DNA from: a bacterium
GTDB taxonomy: Bacteria; Bacteroidota; Ignavibacteria; UBA10030
Direction: 5' to 3'
NCBI GenBank assembly: GCA_043803945.1
Contig: JAZDJN010000072.1
Span: forward strand, 1 to 64,000
Length of the DNA stretch: 64,000 nt
The notes under the pieces were generated by a model, which was not told the DNA's origin, did not search any database, and was given only the letters and a program-made list of their open reading frames with translations. The translations under genes were made by a program, and so were the position numbers. Below, piece after piece: positions 49,836 to 59,952 of this stretch. Each line of letters starts with the position of its first letter. The stretch's first letter is position 1.

Positions 49836-49869
49836 AATCCGGATCACATGCTACGATCCGGATTTTTTT
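49836..49869 (+). terminator. Rho-independent terminator
   Basis: aatccggatc-loop-gatccggatt followed by a T run. Confidence 0.8.
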
Positions 49870-49895
49870 GTCTTAGTACAGATACATCATTCGTT

Positions 49896-50035
49896 CTACA
49901 AATATCTCGTCCCTACGGGACTATTACTCAATGGAATTTGATAGACATAGTCCCAATTTTTAAAGCTCCGATAGGAGCAAAATGTTTGTAGTAACGCACG
50001 AGCATCAGTGTTCGAGCCCCGGAGGGGCGACTATA
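49896..50035. repeat. GTAG-type REP-like inverted pair
   Basis: ctacaaatat.cgtccctacgggact ... agctccgataggagcaaaatgtttgtag, plus gccccggaggggc. Confidence 0.6.
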
Positions 50036-50152
50036 GGTTTTTGTGCTTTTACGTAACGTGAGTTGGTAAACATCAATTCTTACCTTGGTGTCTTTTTCGG
50101 TTCAACTTCACGCTCATGAATAAACAAAAATTCCTTCCGTAACAGTAGTGAC

Positions 50153-51325
50153 TTAACTACTCGATTTCTGAAGTGCCAGCCGCTTAAAGCGATCAGCGAA
50201 ATAGAGTCCGAGCAAAAGAAGTATGGCAGAAAAGATATACGGTAATGAATGGCCAGCTTCATAAAGATACCCTGAGAGAATCGGAGCAATGACCATGTGT
50301 GCCGCCATGAGTGCGGTCAGAATACCCATCGTTTCCCCCTTCTTCGTTGGATCCGATGCACCTGCAGCCTGGCTTGTCAGCACGACTCTGAGGACGGCCT
50401 GTCCTGTTCCCATTCCCAGCAGCCCGAAATAAAACAAGGGAAGCATTTTCGACGAGATCAGGAGCAAACCGGATGACAGGATAACAAGCATGATCATTTC
50501 GAGTGTCGACTCTGAAAATTTGGCAATCCAGAACTTTTTCAGGAGAAGCGCCTGATTCAAAACCAGCGTTCCTCCAACCACCGTAAAAAGCATTCCCGTC
50601 TGGAAGGAGCTGAATCCAAAGACATCCTTCGTAAAGAGTGCGAACACCGATTGGCCGGTGACATTTGCAAAGGCAAAGAATGACCAGGTGAAATACAGTG
50701 GCCGGAGTTTTTTATCTTGTGCTGCACGGGCGAGTGGAGCAATGGGATTAAAACTCATCGGTTTGTGAGGGTCACGTTTCTTATTGCTTTCGGGAAGAAT
50801 GAAAAATGCCATCACGGCATTGAATGCTGCCATGCACCCTGCGATCCAGAACGGAAAGGAATGCGACACCTGACTTAACAAACCGCCAATGAGCGGCCCA
50901 AGAATGAAGCCGATACCAAATGCCGCTCCGATGATTCCGATATTTGCTGTTCGCTCCTTCTCGTCCTTCGCAATATCGACCATATAACTCTGTGCAATTG
51001 TGAAGTTGCCGGCCGCAGCCCCATCGATGATCCGTCCGAGAAAAAGCTGCCAGAGCGAACCGGCGCTCGCAAAGACAAACCAACCGATCGCTGTGCTCAT
51101 AATGCTCAGGATCAGAACGGGCCGCCGCCCGATGCGGTCGGACCACGCTCCGAGGAGTGGAGCACTGAGGAATGCAAAGAACGAAAATGAGGCAAACATC
51201 AGCGTAATGGTAGATGGCAAAGCGCCAAACTCAGTTATGTAATAGGGCAGGATTGGAATAACAATGCCGAATCCAATGACATCGACAAGAACCGAGGAAA
51301 TTATGATCAGCTTTTCTTTTTGCAT
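50153..51325 (-). CDS. MFS efflux transporter (TetA/DHA1-like)
   Basis: D.IGFGIV.P.LP, G.WSDRIGRRPVL, GR..DG, G.GFILGP..GG. Confidence 0.9.
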   Translation of the reverse strand: MQKEKLIIISSVLVDVIGFGIVIPILPYYITEFGALPSTITLMFASFSFFAFLSAPLLGAWSDRIGRRPVLILSIMSTAIGWFVFASAGSLWQLFLGRIIDGAAAGNFTIAQSYMVDIAKDEKERTANIGIIGAAFGIGFILGPLIGGLLSQVSHSFPFWIAGCMAAFNAVMAFFILPESNKKRDPHKPMSFNPIAPLARAAQDKKLRPLYFTWSFFAFANVTGQSVFALFTKDVFGFSSFQTGMLFTVVGGTLVLNQALLLKKFWIAKFSESTLEMIMLVILSSGLLLISSKMLPLFYFGLLGMGTGQAVLRVVLTSQAAGASDPTKKGETMGILTALMAAHMVIAPILSGYLYEAGHSLPYIFSAILLLLGLYFADRFKRLALQKSSS

Positions 51326-51372
51326 AACATTCTAAAATTTCAACACAGAGTCAGTTGTGCGAGTTTCTTCCG

Positions 51373-52557
51373 TTAGAGACAAATCTTTCCAAGAATTGTT
51401 CTTCCACTGGCACCGGTGACACCAGGTAGATTCGATTCGTTCCCTGCAATTGCTTCATTCGCGAGGAGTGCAAAACAGATCGCCTCTTTTGCATCGGAAG
51501 AATAGCCGAGTGATTCCATCGGCAGCACCTCCGCATTCGAAAAATAATCTCCTAACGCTCGCATCATCACCCTATTATGGATCCCGCCGCCTCCCACCAA
51601 CAGCTCATCGACATTCATCCGATGTGCAACGAAACGGCGGTATTGATCGAAAATGGTGAGCGGAGTGAATTCGGTGAACGTTGCTATCAAATCCTCTTTT
51701 TTCTTCCGCCGCAGCTTGTTTAGTACAAGGGTAACGAACTCCGATCCAAACATTTCTCTCCCTGTAGACTTCGGGGGCTTTTCGGAAAAGTAATAATGAT
51801 ACAGCATACTGTACAAGACATCCGTAATCACTTCGCCTTTGGCGGCCACAGATCCATTTGCATCATACTCTCTCTGGTAGAGAATTTTCATCGCATTATC
51901 GATGAGCATATTTCCCGGGCCGGTATCAAACGCTCTTACATCCTCCATCGAACAGTTTTTCGGCAGAACGGTAATATTCGCGATCCCTCCAATATTCAGA
52001 ATGAGGCGGTTTTTCTTTGGAGACCGGAACAAGAGGTAATCGATATTCGGAACCAGCGGTGCGCCCTGCCCGCCCAGCGCCATATCCGCCATCCGAAAAT
52101 CGCCGACCGTCGGTATCCCGGTGAGCTTCGCGATCGTCGATGGATCGCCGATCTGCAATGTCGATCGAAATGTCTTACCGTACATTATTGAACGGATCGG
52201 CAGGTGTTGAATTGTCTGGCCATGGGAACCGATAAGATCGATCCTGGCAAGCGGCACCCCACCCTTTTTTGCAATCGCCTTTACCGCCGAAGCAAACACA
52301 TGTCCAAGCAGTACATTAAGACGACAGATATCGTCCACACTACTCGTCTTCGGGGAACAGTTTTTCAGAAGTCTTTCCTTTAATCCCTTCGGATAAGGGA
52401 AGGTCTTGAAGGACAATTGCCTGAGACGGGTTGAATGCCCGCTGCCCGAAACCCGAAGGAGGACCGCATCAATACCATCCATTGAAGTACCGGACATCAG
52501 GCCGATGATCAGTTTTGTTTGTTTCCGTTGCAGTGTACTAAGAGTTCGCTTTGCCAT
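51373..52557 (-). CDS. anmK: Anhydro-N-acetylmuramic acid kinase
   Basis: GLMSGTSMDGID, GSHGQT, GGQGAPLVP, NIGGIAN, DTGPGN, PKSTGRE, KEA..FA. Confidence 0.96.
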   Translation of the reverse strand: MAKRTLSTLQRKQTKLIIGLMSGTSMDGIDAVLLRVSGSGHSTRLRQLSFKTFPYPKGLKERLLKNCSPKTSSVDDICRLNVLLGHVFASAVKAIAKKGGVPLARIDLIGSHGQTIQHLPIRSIMYGKTFRSTLQIGDPSTIAKLTGIPTVGDFRMADMALGGQGAPLVPNIDYLLFRSPKKNRLILNIGGIANITVLPKNCSMEDVRAFDTGPGNMLIDNAMKILYQREYDANGSVAAKGEVITDVLYSMLYHYYFSEKPPKSTGREMFGSEFVTLVLNKLRRKKKEDLIATFTEFTPLTIFDQYRRFVAHRMNVDELLVGGGGIHNRVMMRALGDYFSNAEVLPMESLGYSSDAKEAICFALLANEAIAGNESNLPGVTGASGRTILGKICL

Positions 52558-52587
52558 AGTGCTCGTCTCCTTGCGTGGTTAAGACAC

Positions 52588-54105
52588 TTAGTGAGTAATC
52601 TGAAGAGGAACAGAAAGTGAATCTCGTTCAACATCCGCGCTACTGAGCGACGGATTTAATCTCCGTGCAATCGTCAAATGAATCAAAGCGCTATCACGAA
52701 TGCCCAGACCCTTGTAGGTTTGGGAGAGGCTGTAATGTGTATACCAAAGATTTGGTTGAATATCCATCGTTTGCATGAATTCAGATCTTGCCCGTTCCAG
52801 TTTTCCTTGAGCCAGCAATGCTGCACCGAGATTATGATGCGCCAGCCAGTTATTCTCAGTCTTTGCAATAGCATGTTCAAAGAGAGTAAGAGAATTTTTC
52901 CAAAATGATACCTGGCGAGCAGTAAGCATTGTGAGAACAAGGATTAGGCAGGCAGCGGAGATGGAGAGGATCGGGACTCGAAATTTCCATCGTGCAGTAA
53001 GATCGGCAATTCCCCAGCTCATGATGATAAATATCCCCAGGAGCGGAAAATAGGTATACCGATCAGCGTATGCCTGAGCACCAACCTGAACAAGGCCAAT
53101 CATTGGAATCAGCGTACCAAGATACCAGAACCAGCCAACAAAAAGGTATGGAAGATTTTTTCGATAGCGCCAGGCAAGCAGGCTAAGAATGAGGAGAAGC
53201 ACCGTGCTTCCAACGACCATAACGAACGAAATTCTCTCACTCGTATGCGGATAGAATACGGCAAGATCGACCGGCAAGAACATTTTTCGTAAATAGATCA
53301 CATACGCGAGTGCTGCGTTGGCAAATCGATCCAGGAGTGGAATTGATGTTGAGGAAGAGACCGCACCACCGCTGCGCTGAACCAGATACGTCACGATACT
53401 CGATCCGATTGCGATAAGGAATAGCGGCACCTTCTCAATCACGAGTGGAACGATTGCGGTTTTCCCTTGATCCTGAAATTCTTCGGAGGAGGATTCCTTC
53501 TGATAACTCATCCGATTCAGAGGCCAGTAATCGAGCAGCAGGAGCAAAAAGGGAAATGTAACACCGACAGGTTTTGCCAACAGGCTCATCGCGAAGGAGA
53601 CAGAGGTCCAGACCAGGTAGAGTCGTTTCTTCTCCATAGCATAGACAGAGTACCAATAAATCGAAAGGAAGATCAGAAGAGTGCTTAGAAGATCCTTGCG
53701 AGCCGAAGCCCAGGCGACAGATTCCACATGCAGTGGATGAAGTGCAAAAAGAGCTGCAACGAAGAGCGACTGCCAAATCGAATAAGTGAGTTTTCGCAGG
53801 AGAATAAACATCAGTACCGAGTTCAAAATATGGAACACCATACTCATCAAATGATGTCCAGCCGGATTCGACCCAAACCGTTGATAATCCCAGATGTGTG
53901 AAAGCCATGTCAGAGGATGCCAGTTTGATGCATAACCCGTTGAGAATGCCCAGGAAATACTCTCCAGGGTAAAACCAGTTTGGATATTGATGTTATCGAG
54001 AATATACACCGGATCATCGTAATTGACAAAGTCGTGTTCGCGCACCTGCCAGTACACGAGAAGTGTCACTAACACGAGAAGAACGATGAATCCCAAGGTT
54101 CGCAT
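52588..54105 (-). CDS. TMTC-like GT-C membrane glycosyltransferase with short TPR tail
   Basis: F.NYDD, WHPLT, LFALHPLHVESVAW...RKD, ADRYTY, W.NS..LF, AH.NLG. Confidence 0.85.
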   Translation of the reverse strand: MRTLGFIVLLVLVTLLVYWQVREHDFVNYDDPVYILDNINIQTGFTLESISWAFSTGYASNWHPLTWLSHIWDYQRFGSNPAGHHLMSMVFHILNSVLMFILLRKLTYSIWQSLFVAALFALHPLHVESVAWASARKDLLSTLLIFLSIYWYSVYAMEKKRLYLVWTSVSFAMSLLAKPVGVTFPFLLLLLDYWPLNRMSYQKESSSEEFQDQGKTAIVPLVIEKVPLFLIAIGSSIVTYLVQRSGGAVSSSTSIPLLDRFANAALAYVIYLRKMFLPVDLAVFYPHTSERISFVMVVGSTVLLLILSLLAWRYRKNLPYLFVGWFWYLGTLIPMIGLVQVGAQAYADRYTYFPLLGIFIIMSWGIADLTARWKFRVPILSISAACLILVLTMLTARQVSFWKNSLTLFEHAIAKTENNWLAHHNLGAALLAQGKLERARSEFMQTMDIQPNLWYTHYSLSQTYKGLGIRDSALIHLTIARRLNPSLSSADVERDSLSVPLQITH

Positions 54106-54352
54106 AATGCCTGTAGAAAGAGTCTGGAATGACCGGTAACCGCCGCCGCTGTAACATGGGAGAGCAAAACTTAAAAATCAAATACGAAATTGAATTTGAA
54201 TTTGTGATTTCATTTTAGCTTCTTAGGAGGTGATGAACGTTTTGTGAAATTCCTCATTCCTGAATCGTGGAAAGCATGGAACCAGCAACAATGTCCCGAT
54301 ACGATAATCAGAACTATTTTAATCCACGACGCGAGCGGATCAATCCAGAATA

Positions 54353-56668
54353 ATGTCATATCTCAAGCACATAGTTCAAAATTTTTCCTCAAAGGAAGCT
54401 CATACAGAGCCTGTTGAGGAAAAAATTGTGCGGGTTGGCTGTCCGGCACACAATTGCGGAGGGCGCTGTTTGCTTGTTGCACATATTCGGGATGGTGTGA
54501 TCACACGACTCGACACGGATGACCGCCCGGACACGATCGCCTCACCTCAACTCCGTGCTTGTGCACGCGGCCGCGCATACCTTCGCCGCCAGTATCATTC
54601 CGATCGATTGCAGTATCCTCTGAAGCGCATGGGAAAGCGCGGTAAGGGAAGATTTGTGCGAATTTCCTGGGAAGAAGCAATCGAAACTGTCGCTTCGGAG
54701 ATGATGCGTGTCAAAGAGCAGTACGGAAACAGTGCAATGTTTGTTCCGTATGGAACGGGGAGCTACAACCAAATCAACGGTTCGCAAACCGCACGGCGAC
54801 TGATGAACTGTTTTGGCGGGTGCCTGGGTCATCATAATAGTTACAGTTGGTCGGCAATCAATATTGCGACCCCTCTCGTCTATGGAACTCTCATAACCGG
54901 CAATCAGCGGCAGGACTGGCTCAATTCAAAATACATCCTGATGTGGGGCTGGAATCCAGCCGAGATGCGCGATGGAACAAACAGCGATTACTTCCTCAAA
55001 CTTGCAAGGCAGAATGGCGCGCGTATTGTTTGCATCGACCCGCGTCATACGCTCAGCGCGGCAAGCTTGGCCGATGAGTGGATTCCAATCAGGCCGGGAA
55101 CCGATGTCGCTCTGATGAGCGCGATGGCTTATGTGATGATAACAGAAAACCTTCACGATGCTGGGTTCATTCGAACACACTGTGTCGGATTCGATCAATC
55201 GCAAATGCCGCCGGGAACGGAACAAGAAGAAAATTATCGTGAATACATCCTTGGGACACGCGACGGTACGCCTAAAACACCTGAATGGGCTGAACGTATA
55301 ACTGCCATCCCGCGAGAGACCATCGCCCGCATTGCACGGGAGTATGCAACAATCAAACCTGCTGTCCTCTATCAAGGATACGGCATGCAGCGCCGGGCTT
55401 ACGGCGAGCAGGTTGTGCGGGCGGGCTGTATTCTGGCAGCAATCAGCGGCAATGTTGGTATTCCAGGCGGATGGGCAAGCGGTTTAGCTCTGCAGGCACC
55501 TGATGGCGGAGCGCGGTGGATTATGTTTCCGATGGGAACGAATCCCGTGCCCGCATCGATTCCGGTATTTATCTGGCAGGAGGCAGTGGTGCGCGGGAAG
55601 GAACTCGGTCCGGAGCATGGTTTGCTCGGTGCCGATCACCTCGACAACAATATCAAACTCATCTATGCAGTGGCATCGAATTGCCTGGTGAATCAACATG
55701 CGAATATCAACCGCACAGTGAAAGTACTTCAGGATGAATCGCTTGTTGAATTTATCGTTGTACAGGATAACTTTCTCACCTCGACGGCAAGCTTTGCCGA
55801 TATTGTCCTCCCCGCTTGCACACAGTTTGAAACCTGGGGAATTGAAGATGGATGGAAGTACGGGGATGAACTCATTCTTATGCCCAAGCTGGTCGAGCCG
55901 CTCGGAGAAAGCAAGAGTGATTACCGAATCTGTGCCGATATTGCTGCGCGCCTTGGCATTGGTGCTGCCTACACGGAAGGACGGGATGAGCGGGCGTGGA
56001 TTTCATGGATTCTCGATCAGTACCGTGCCACCCAATTTCCCGATGCACCGACTCTGGAGGAATTTGAGCGCTCAAATATCGGCATCCATGCAAAGCCGGT
56101 ATCAAAGCCTGCGATTGCATTTGAGCAATTCCGTGAAGACCCGGAACGATATCCCTTGAAGACACCATCGGGAAAAATTGAAATCTTCTCGAAACAACTG
56201 TATGACCGAAAGAATTCTGAAGAGATTCCTGCTCTCCCCAAATATATTCAGGAATGGGAAAGCCCATTCGGTCCTGAAGGGGTACTCTACCCTCTGCAGG
56301 TCATCAGTCATCACTACCTCCACCGTGTCCATTCAACCCATGATAATGTCGATTGGCTTGAAGAGGCGTTTCCGCAGAGGGTTTTCATTAACACCATTGA
56401 CGCGGAAGCCCGGCGGGTGCATGATGGCGATGAAGTCAAGGTCTTTAATCATCGCGGGGCAACGGTAGTTCGCGCGCGGGTTACAAACCGCATCATGCCG
56501 GGTGTCATATCCATTCCGCAAGGAGCATGGTGGTCGCCCGATGAATCCGGAATCGATCGGCGGGGTTCGGCAAATGTACTGACATCGGATCGATGGACCC
56601 CCATTGCCTGCGGTCCTGCACTGCACACCGTTATGGCACAAGTCGAGAGGTGGAGTAATGATCTATAG
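54353..56668 (+). CDS. dmsA: DMSO-reductase-family molybdopterin catalytic subunit, no Tat signal
   Basis: CPAHNCGGRC..C FeS motif, RL.YP.KR, WGWNP.E, IRPGTD, TPSGKIE, R.HS; in-frame stop at 54320 excludes a longer N-terminus. Confidence 0.88.
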   Translation: MSYLKHIVQNFSSKEAHTEPVEEKIVRVGCPAHNCGGRCLLVAHIRDGVITRLDTDDRPDTIASPQLRACARGRAYLRRQYHSDRLQYPLKRMGKRGKGRFVRISWEEAIETVASEMMRVKEQYGNSAMFVPYGTGSYNQINGSQTARRLMNCFGGCLGHHNSYSWSAINIATPLVYGTLITGNQRQDWLNSKYILMWGWNPAEMRDGTNSDYFLKLARQNGARIVCIDPRHTLSAASLADEWIPIRPGTDVALMSAMAYVMITENLHDAGFIRTHCVGFDQSQMPPGTEQEENYREYILGTRDGTPKTPEWAERITAIPRETIARIAREYATIKPAVLYQGYGMQRRAYGEQVVRAGCILAAISGNVGIPGGWASGLALQAPDGGARWIMFPMGTNPVPASIPVFIWQEAVVRGKELGPEHGLLGADHLDNNIKLIYAVASNCLVNQHANINRTVKVLQDESLVEFIVVQDNFLTSTASFADIVLPACTQFETWGIEDGWKYGDELILMPKLVEPLGESKSDYRICADIAARLGIGAAYTEGRDERAWISWILDQYRATQFPDAPTLEEFERSNIGIHAKPVSKPAIAFEQFREDPERYPLKTPSGKIEIFSKQLYDRKNSEEIPALPKYIQEWESPFGPEGVLYPLQVISHHYLHRVHSTHDNVDWLEEAFPQRVFINTIDAEARRVHDGDEVKVFNHRGATVVRARVTNRIMPGVISIPQGAWWSPDESGIDRRGSANVLTSDRWTPIACGPALHTVMAQVERWSNDL

Positions 56669-57293
56669 TACGCGGCAGCTCGCCTTCTATATCGACACCT
56701 CCGCCTGCTCGGGATGCAAGGCCTGCCAGATTGCATGCAAAGATAAGAATCATTTACCGATGGGAGTACTCTGGCGCCGTGTTTATGAAGTGAGCGGAGG
56801 AGGATGGGAACAATCAGGGGCTGCGTGGACTCATGATGTTTTTGCCTACACGATCTCACTTTCATGTAATCATTGTGAACATCCCATCTGTGTCGGTATC
56901 TGTCCGACAACGGCCCTTACGAAAAGGGATGACGGAATCGTTTTCATCGATGCAGAGAAATGCATGGGCTGCCGGTACTGCAGCTGGGCTTGCCCCTATG
57001 GTGCTCTTCAGTTCAACGAGGGAACAGGGCAGATGACGAAGTGTAATTTCTGTATGGACAGAATCGATGCCGGGCTCCCTCCATCCTGCGTCGCTGCCTG
57101 CCCGATGCGGGTGCTCGATTATGGAGAACAAAAGGATCTCGAAGCCCGCTACGGAGATCAATCGAAGATCTACCCGCTGCCAGAGAGACGATTTACTGAA
57201 CCCGCACTTTGTATAACGCCGCATCGTGATTCCCACCGTGCATCGGTGGAGACAGCCTCCCTGGCAAACGAAGAGGAGGTGAAGCCTTTGTGA
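56658..57293 (+). CDS. dmsB: 4Fe-4S electron-transfer subunit B
   Basis: CSGCKACQIAC, SCNHC..P.C...CP, CMGCRYC..ACPY, KC.FC, P.CV.ACP. Confidence 0.92.
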   Translation: MIYSTRQLAFYIDTSACSGCKACQIACKDKNHLPMGVLWRRVYEVSGGGWEQSGAAWTHDVFAYTISLSCNHCEHPICVGICPTTALTKRDDGIVFIDAEKCMGCRYCSWACPYGALQFNEGTGQMTKCNFCMDRIDAGLPPSCVAACPMRVLDYGEQKDLEARYGDQSKIYPLPERRFTEPALCITPHRDSHRASVETASLANEEEVKPL

Positions 57294-58153
57294 AGGAACG
57301 ATCGCTCCTGGTTTTTACGATTCTTTCGCAAGCAGCCGTTGGCACAACTCTGTTCACATGTGCATTATATTTCTGGCCGTTAAATACATTGAACCAGGGA
57401 GAGTTGGCATCTCTCCTTGAAACACCCTTGCTTCTCTCCTTCCTCGCAGCCCTTGCTGCGCTTTCCATTTCATTTTTCCATCTCGGAAAACCTTTGAATG
57501 CATTCAACGCCTTGAGGCATTTGCGATCCTCCTCGCTCAGTAACGAGGTGTTCTCTGCATCACTCTTTCTTCTGTTTCTTTCTTTCACTCTTGCGGATAT
57601 CCATTACTCTATCCTTCCGGAAATCGTGCATCAACTTTTATTAGCAAGCCTGTATGGAATCGGAATTTTCTTTATGTACGAAATGGCACAATTGTACCGG
57701 TTGAAGACAGTGCCATTCTGGAATTCAAAACTCACGCTGGCTTCATTCTTCACGACAACACTGCTTCTGGGATCGGCGTCTCTGTATGCGCTGATCCCTC
57801 TCTATGGGGAGAACAATGGCACCCTCCTTCAATCACCGAAGTTGATTCTCGTGTTCGCCTGTGGTTTCTTCTGCCTGGTTCAAGCAGCAATCACACTCCT
57901 CCATCTCCGAACCATAGAAACATTTCCAGAAGACATCCGTGTCCATCTTGTGATGAGAAGAAAGTCGAACCGAACTTTGATTACTGCCAGGCTCAGCATT
58001 CTCTCATTCCTTGCCATTCTGAGCATCGCTCTCTCTATATTGCCTGATCTTGGAAGCTCAGATATTGGAATAGTCCTTTTTCTACTAACTCTCATTGCAG
58101 AATTTCTTGGTAGATCAATTTTTTATTCCATGTTTGTTCGTGTTGGAGTTTGA
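57290..58153 (+). CDS. dmsC: DmsC-type membrane anchor
   Basis: E.SL..FT.L.Q.AVG, S.FHLG.P..A, S.LS.E, E..GR..FY. Confidence 0.88.
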   Translation: MKERSLLVFTILSQAAVGTTLFTCALYFWPLNTLNQGELASLLETPLLLSFLAALAALSISFFHLGKPLNAFNALRHLRSSSLSNEVFSASLFLLFLSFTLADIHYSILPEIVHQLLLASLYGIGIFFMYEMAQLYRLKTVPFWNSKLTLASFFTTTLLLGSASLYALIPLYGENNGTLLQSPKLILVFACGFFCLVQAAITLLHLRTIETFPEDIRVHLVMRRKSNRTLITARLSILSFLAILSIALSILPDLGSSDIGIVLFLLTLIAEFLGRSIFYSMFVRVGV

Positions 58154-58201
58154 CAAACCCATTGTTCATGCCAGTGAACGTACTATGTGCGGAGACTTAC
58201 C

Positions 58202-59191
58202 ATGGCACTATTATTAAATCGCGATAACGTAAAACAACTGCTCACAATGCGTGAAACGATCGATATCGTTGAAGAGGCATTCCGGCAACAGGCACTTGGA
58301 AGTGTCGTCATGCCGCTTCGGACGACTATGCATCTGCCGGATTCTCATGGAGCACATCTCGGTATGCCGGCGTATATCGGGGGTGCTGTCGATGCACTGG
58401 CATTAAAAGTCGTGACAGTCTTTCCCGATAATCCCGCTCTCCATGGCTTGCCCACTACCATGGGAATTCTTCTTCTCAATGATGCAAAGACTGGTACACC
58501 GCTTGCAGTGATAGAAGCCGGATTCCTGACTGCGATGCGAACAGGAGCCGTGACGGGAGTGGCAGCAAAATACCTCGCCAAAAAAGTTGCCAGGAGGGTC
58601 GGCATTTTTGGAGGAGGAATCCAGGCGCAAACACAATTGATGGCATTGAGTGAAGTTCGTGACATTGAATCGGCTGTTGTCTTTGACCGAGATATGGGCA
58701 AAGCGAAGGTATTTGCTGAAGAGATGAAGCGGATCCTTGCCATTTCTATGACGATCGCCGAAGATGCCCGCGGGGCTGTGGAAGGTGTTGATATCATTGT
58801 CACAGCATCCAGCGCAACGCAACCACTCTTCGATGGTGCCTGGCTGACGCCAGGCCAGCACATCAGTGCCATAGGAACGCACACTCCCGCCACGAGAGAA
58901 ATCGATTCGACCACAATTGTACGGTCCAAAGTCGTTCCAGATTTTATCGATGCATGCCTCAGCGAGGCGGGAGATATTCTGATCCCCATTCAGGAAGGTG
59001 TGTTCAGGAAAGAACTGATCCATGCTTCACTCGGCGAAATCATCGCGGGGAAAAAACCGGGGCGGGTTAACAACGAGGAGATCACATTCTTTAAGTCTGT
59101 CGGGTTAGCGCTGCAGGACGCAGCAACTGCCAGTTATGTTTATAAAAAAGCATTGGCGGAGAATATTGGTGTTGAATTTAATTTTACCTGA
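58202..59191 (+). CDS. Ornithine cyclodeaminase/mu-crystallin family protein
   Basis: MPAY, K.V.V.P.N, LT.MRTGA, FKSVG.A.QD. Confidence 0.92.
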   Translation: MALLLNRDNVKQLLTMRETIDIVEEAFRQQALGSVVMPLRTTMHLPDSHGAHLGMPAYIGGAVDALALKVVTVFPDNPALHGLPTTMGILLLNDAKTGTPLAVIEAGFLTAMRTGAVTGVAAKYLAKKVARRVGIFGGGIQAQTQLMALSEVRDIESAVVFDRDMGKAKVFAEEMKRILAISMTIAEDARGAVEGVDIIVTASSATQPLFDGAWLTPGQHISAIGTHTPATREIDSTTIVRSKVVPDFIDACLSEAGDILIPIQEGVFRKELIHASLGEIIAGKKPGRVNNEEITFFKSVGLALQDAATASYVYKKALAENIGVEFNFT

Positions 59192-59334
59192 CTTGTAAGC
59201 GCTCGGAAAGAAGAAACTAGACAGATTGCCATGATGTCTTCGGTGAACTGGGGGACTAATTCAAAAATTTCTTATCAACGATATTTCAAACTTCGAATAC
59301 AAGCTGAACACTAACTTTAGGCGCACTCATTATT

Positions 59335-59358
59335 GAGCGAGTCGGCGACTCGTCCTAC
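59335..59358 (-). repeat. Solitary GTAG-footed REP-like hairpin
   Basis: Minus strand gtaggacgagtcgccgactcgctc. Confidence 0.5.
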
Positions 59359-59488
59359 AATATTGCATACTGATCATTTCTTTAGTTGTTTCGTTCTCCA
59401 TGATTTTCCTCCCTCATTCTACTTGCAGAGTTCGGAAAAATATGTACATTCTAATAAGCGGTTGAAATGAGAAGGTGAAGGTTACCCT

Positions 59489-59887
59489 ATGAACACAAAA
59501 AGCAGACTCTTGCCTGGAATGTACAAAGTCATCGCTCCGCATCATGCGACTGGTCATCACGACCTGAAATTGAAAGAAAATGAGGTGGTGCAGGTATCAG
59601 AAGACTGGGTTGAGTTTCCGGGATGGGTTTGGTGCACAAAATCAGGCGGAGAAAGCGGATGGGTTCCCGAAGCGTATTTGACACGTGACAGCTCCCGTGC
59701 AATTCTTAAAAAAGAATACCATTCTATTGAACTCTCAGGGGAGCGCGGCGATGTGGTAGAAGGATTCTTTGAAGAGACAGGCTGGATGTGGGCAAAGAAT
59801 AAGAAGGGAAAAAACGGCTGGATCCCATGTGCAAATTTGGAAAAGCTCAAAGAGCATCCGCACAAACCGAAACGGCACCATCGCTAA
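59489..59887 (+). CDS. Tandem SH3-domain protein
   Basis: Two units with L...G/E.V, GW.W and GW.P..L. Confidence 0.8.
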   Translation: MNTKSRLLPGMYKVIAPHHATGHHDLKLKENEVVQVSEDWVEFPGWVWCTKSGGESGWVPEAYLTRDSSRAILKKEYHSIELSGERGDVVEGFFEETGWMWAKNKKGKNGWIPCANLEKLKEHPHKPKRHHR

Positions 59888-59952
59888 GTCAGGCAACACC
59901 TCCTTCTCTCATACTCAACTGAGTTCCTTCACCGAAACAACCTGGATATTTC

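Noticed and set aside
54195-54260. Rex/FNR-like sites upstream of dmsA (ttgtgaaattcctcatt)
   Set aside because: Only a half-site matches, in AT-rich repeat-like sequence
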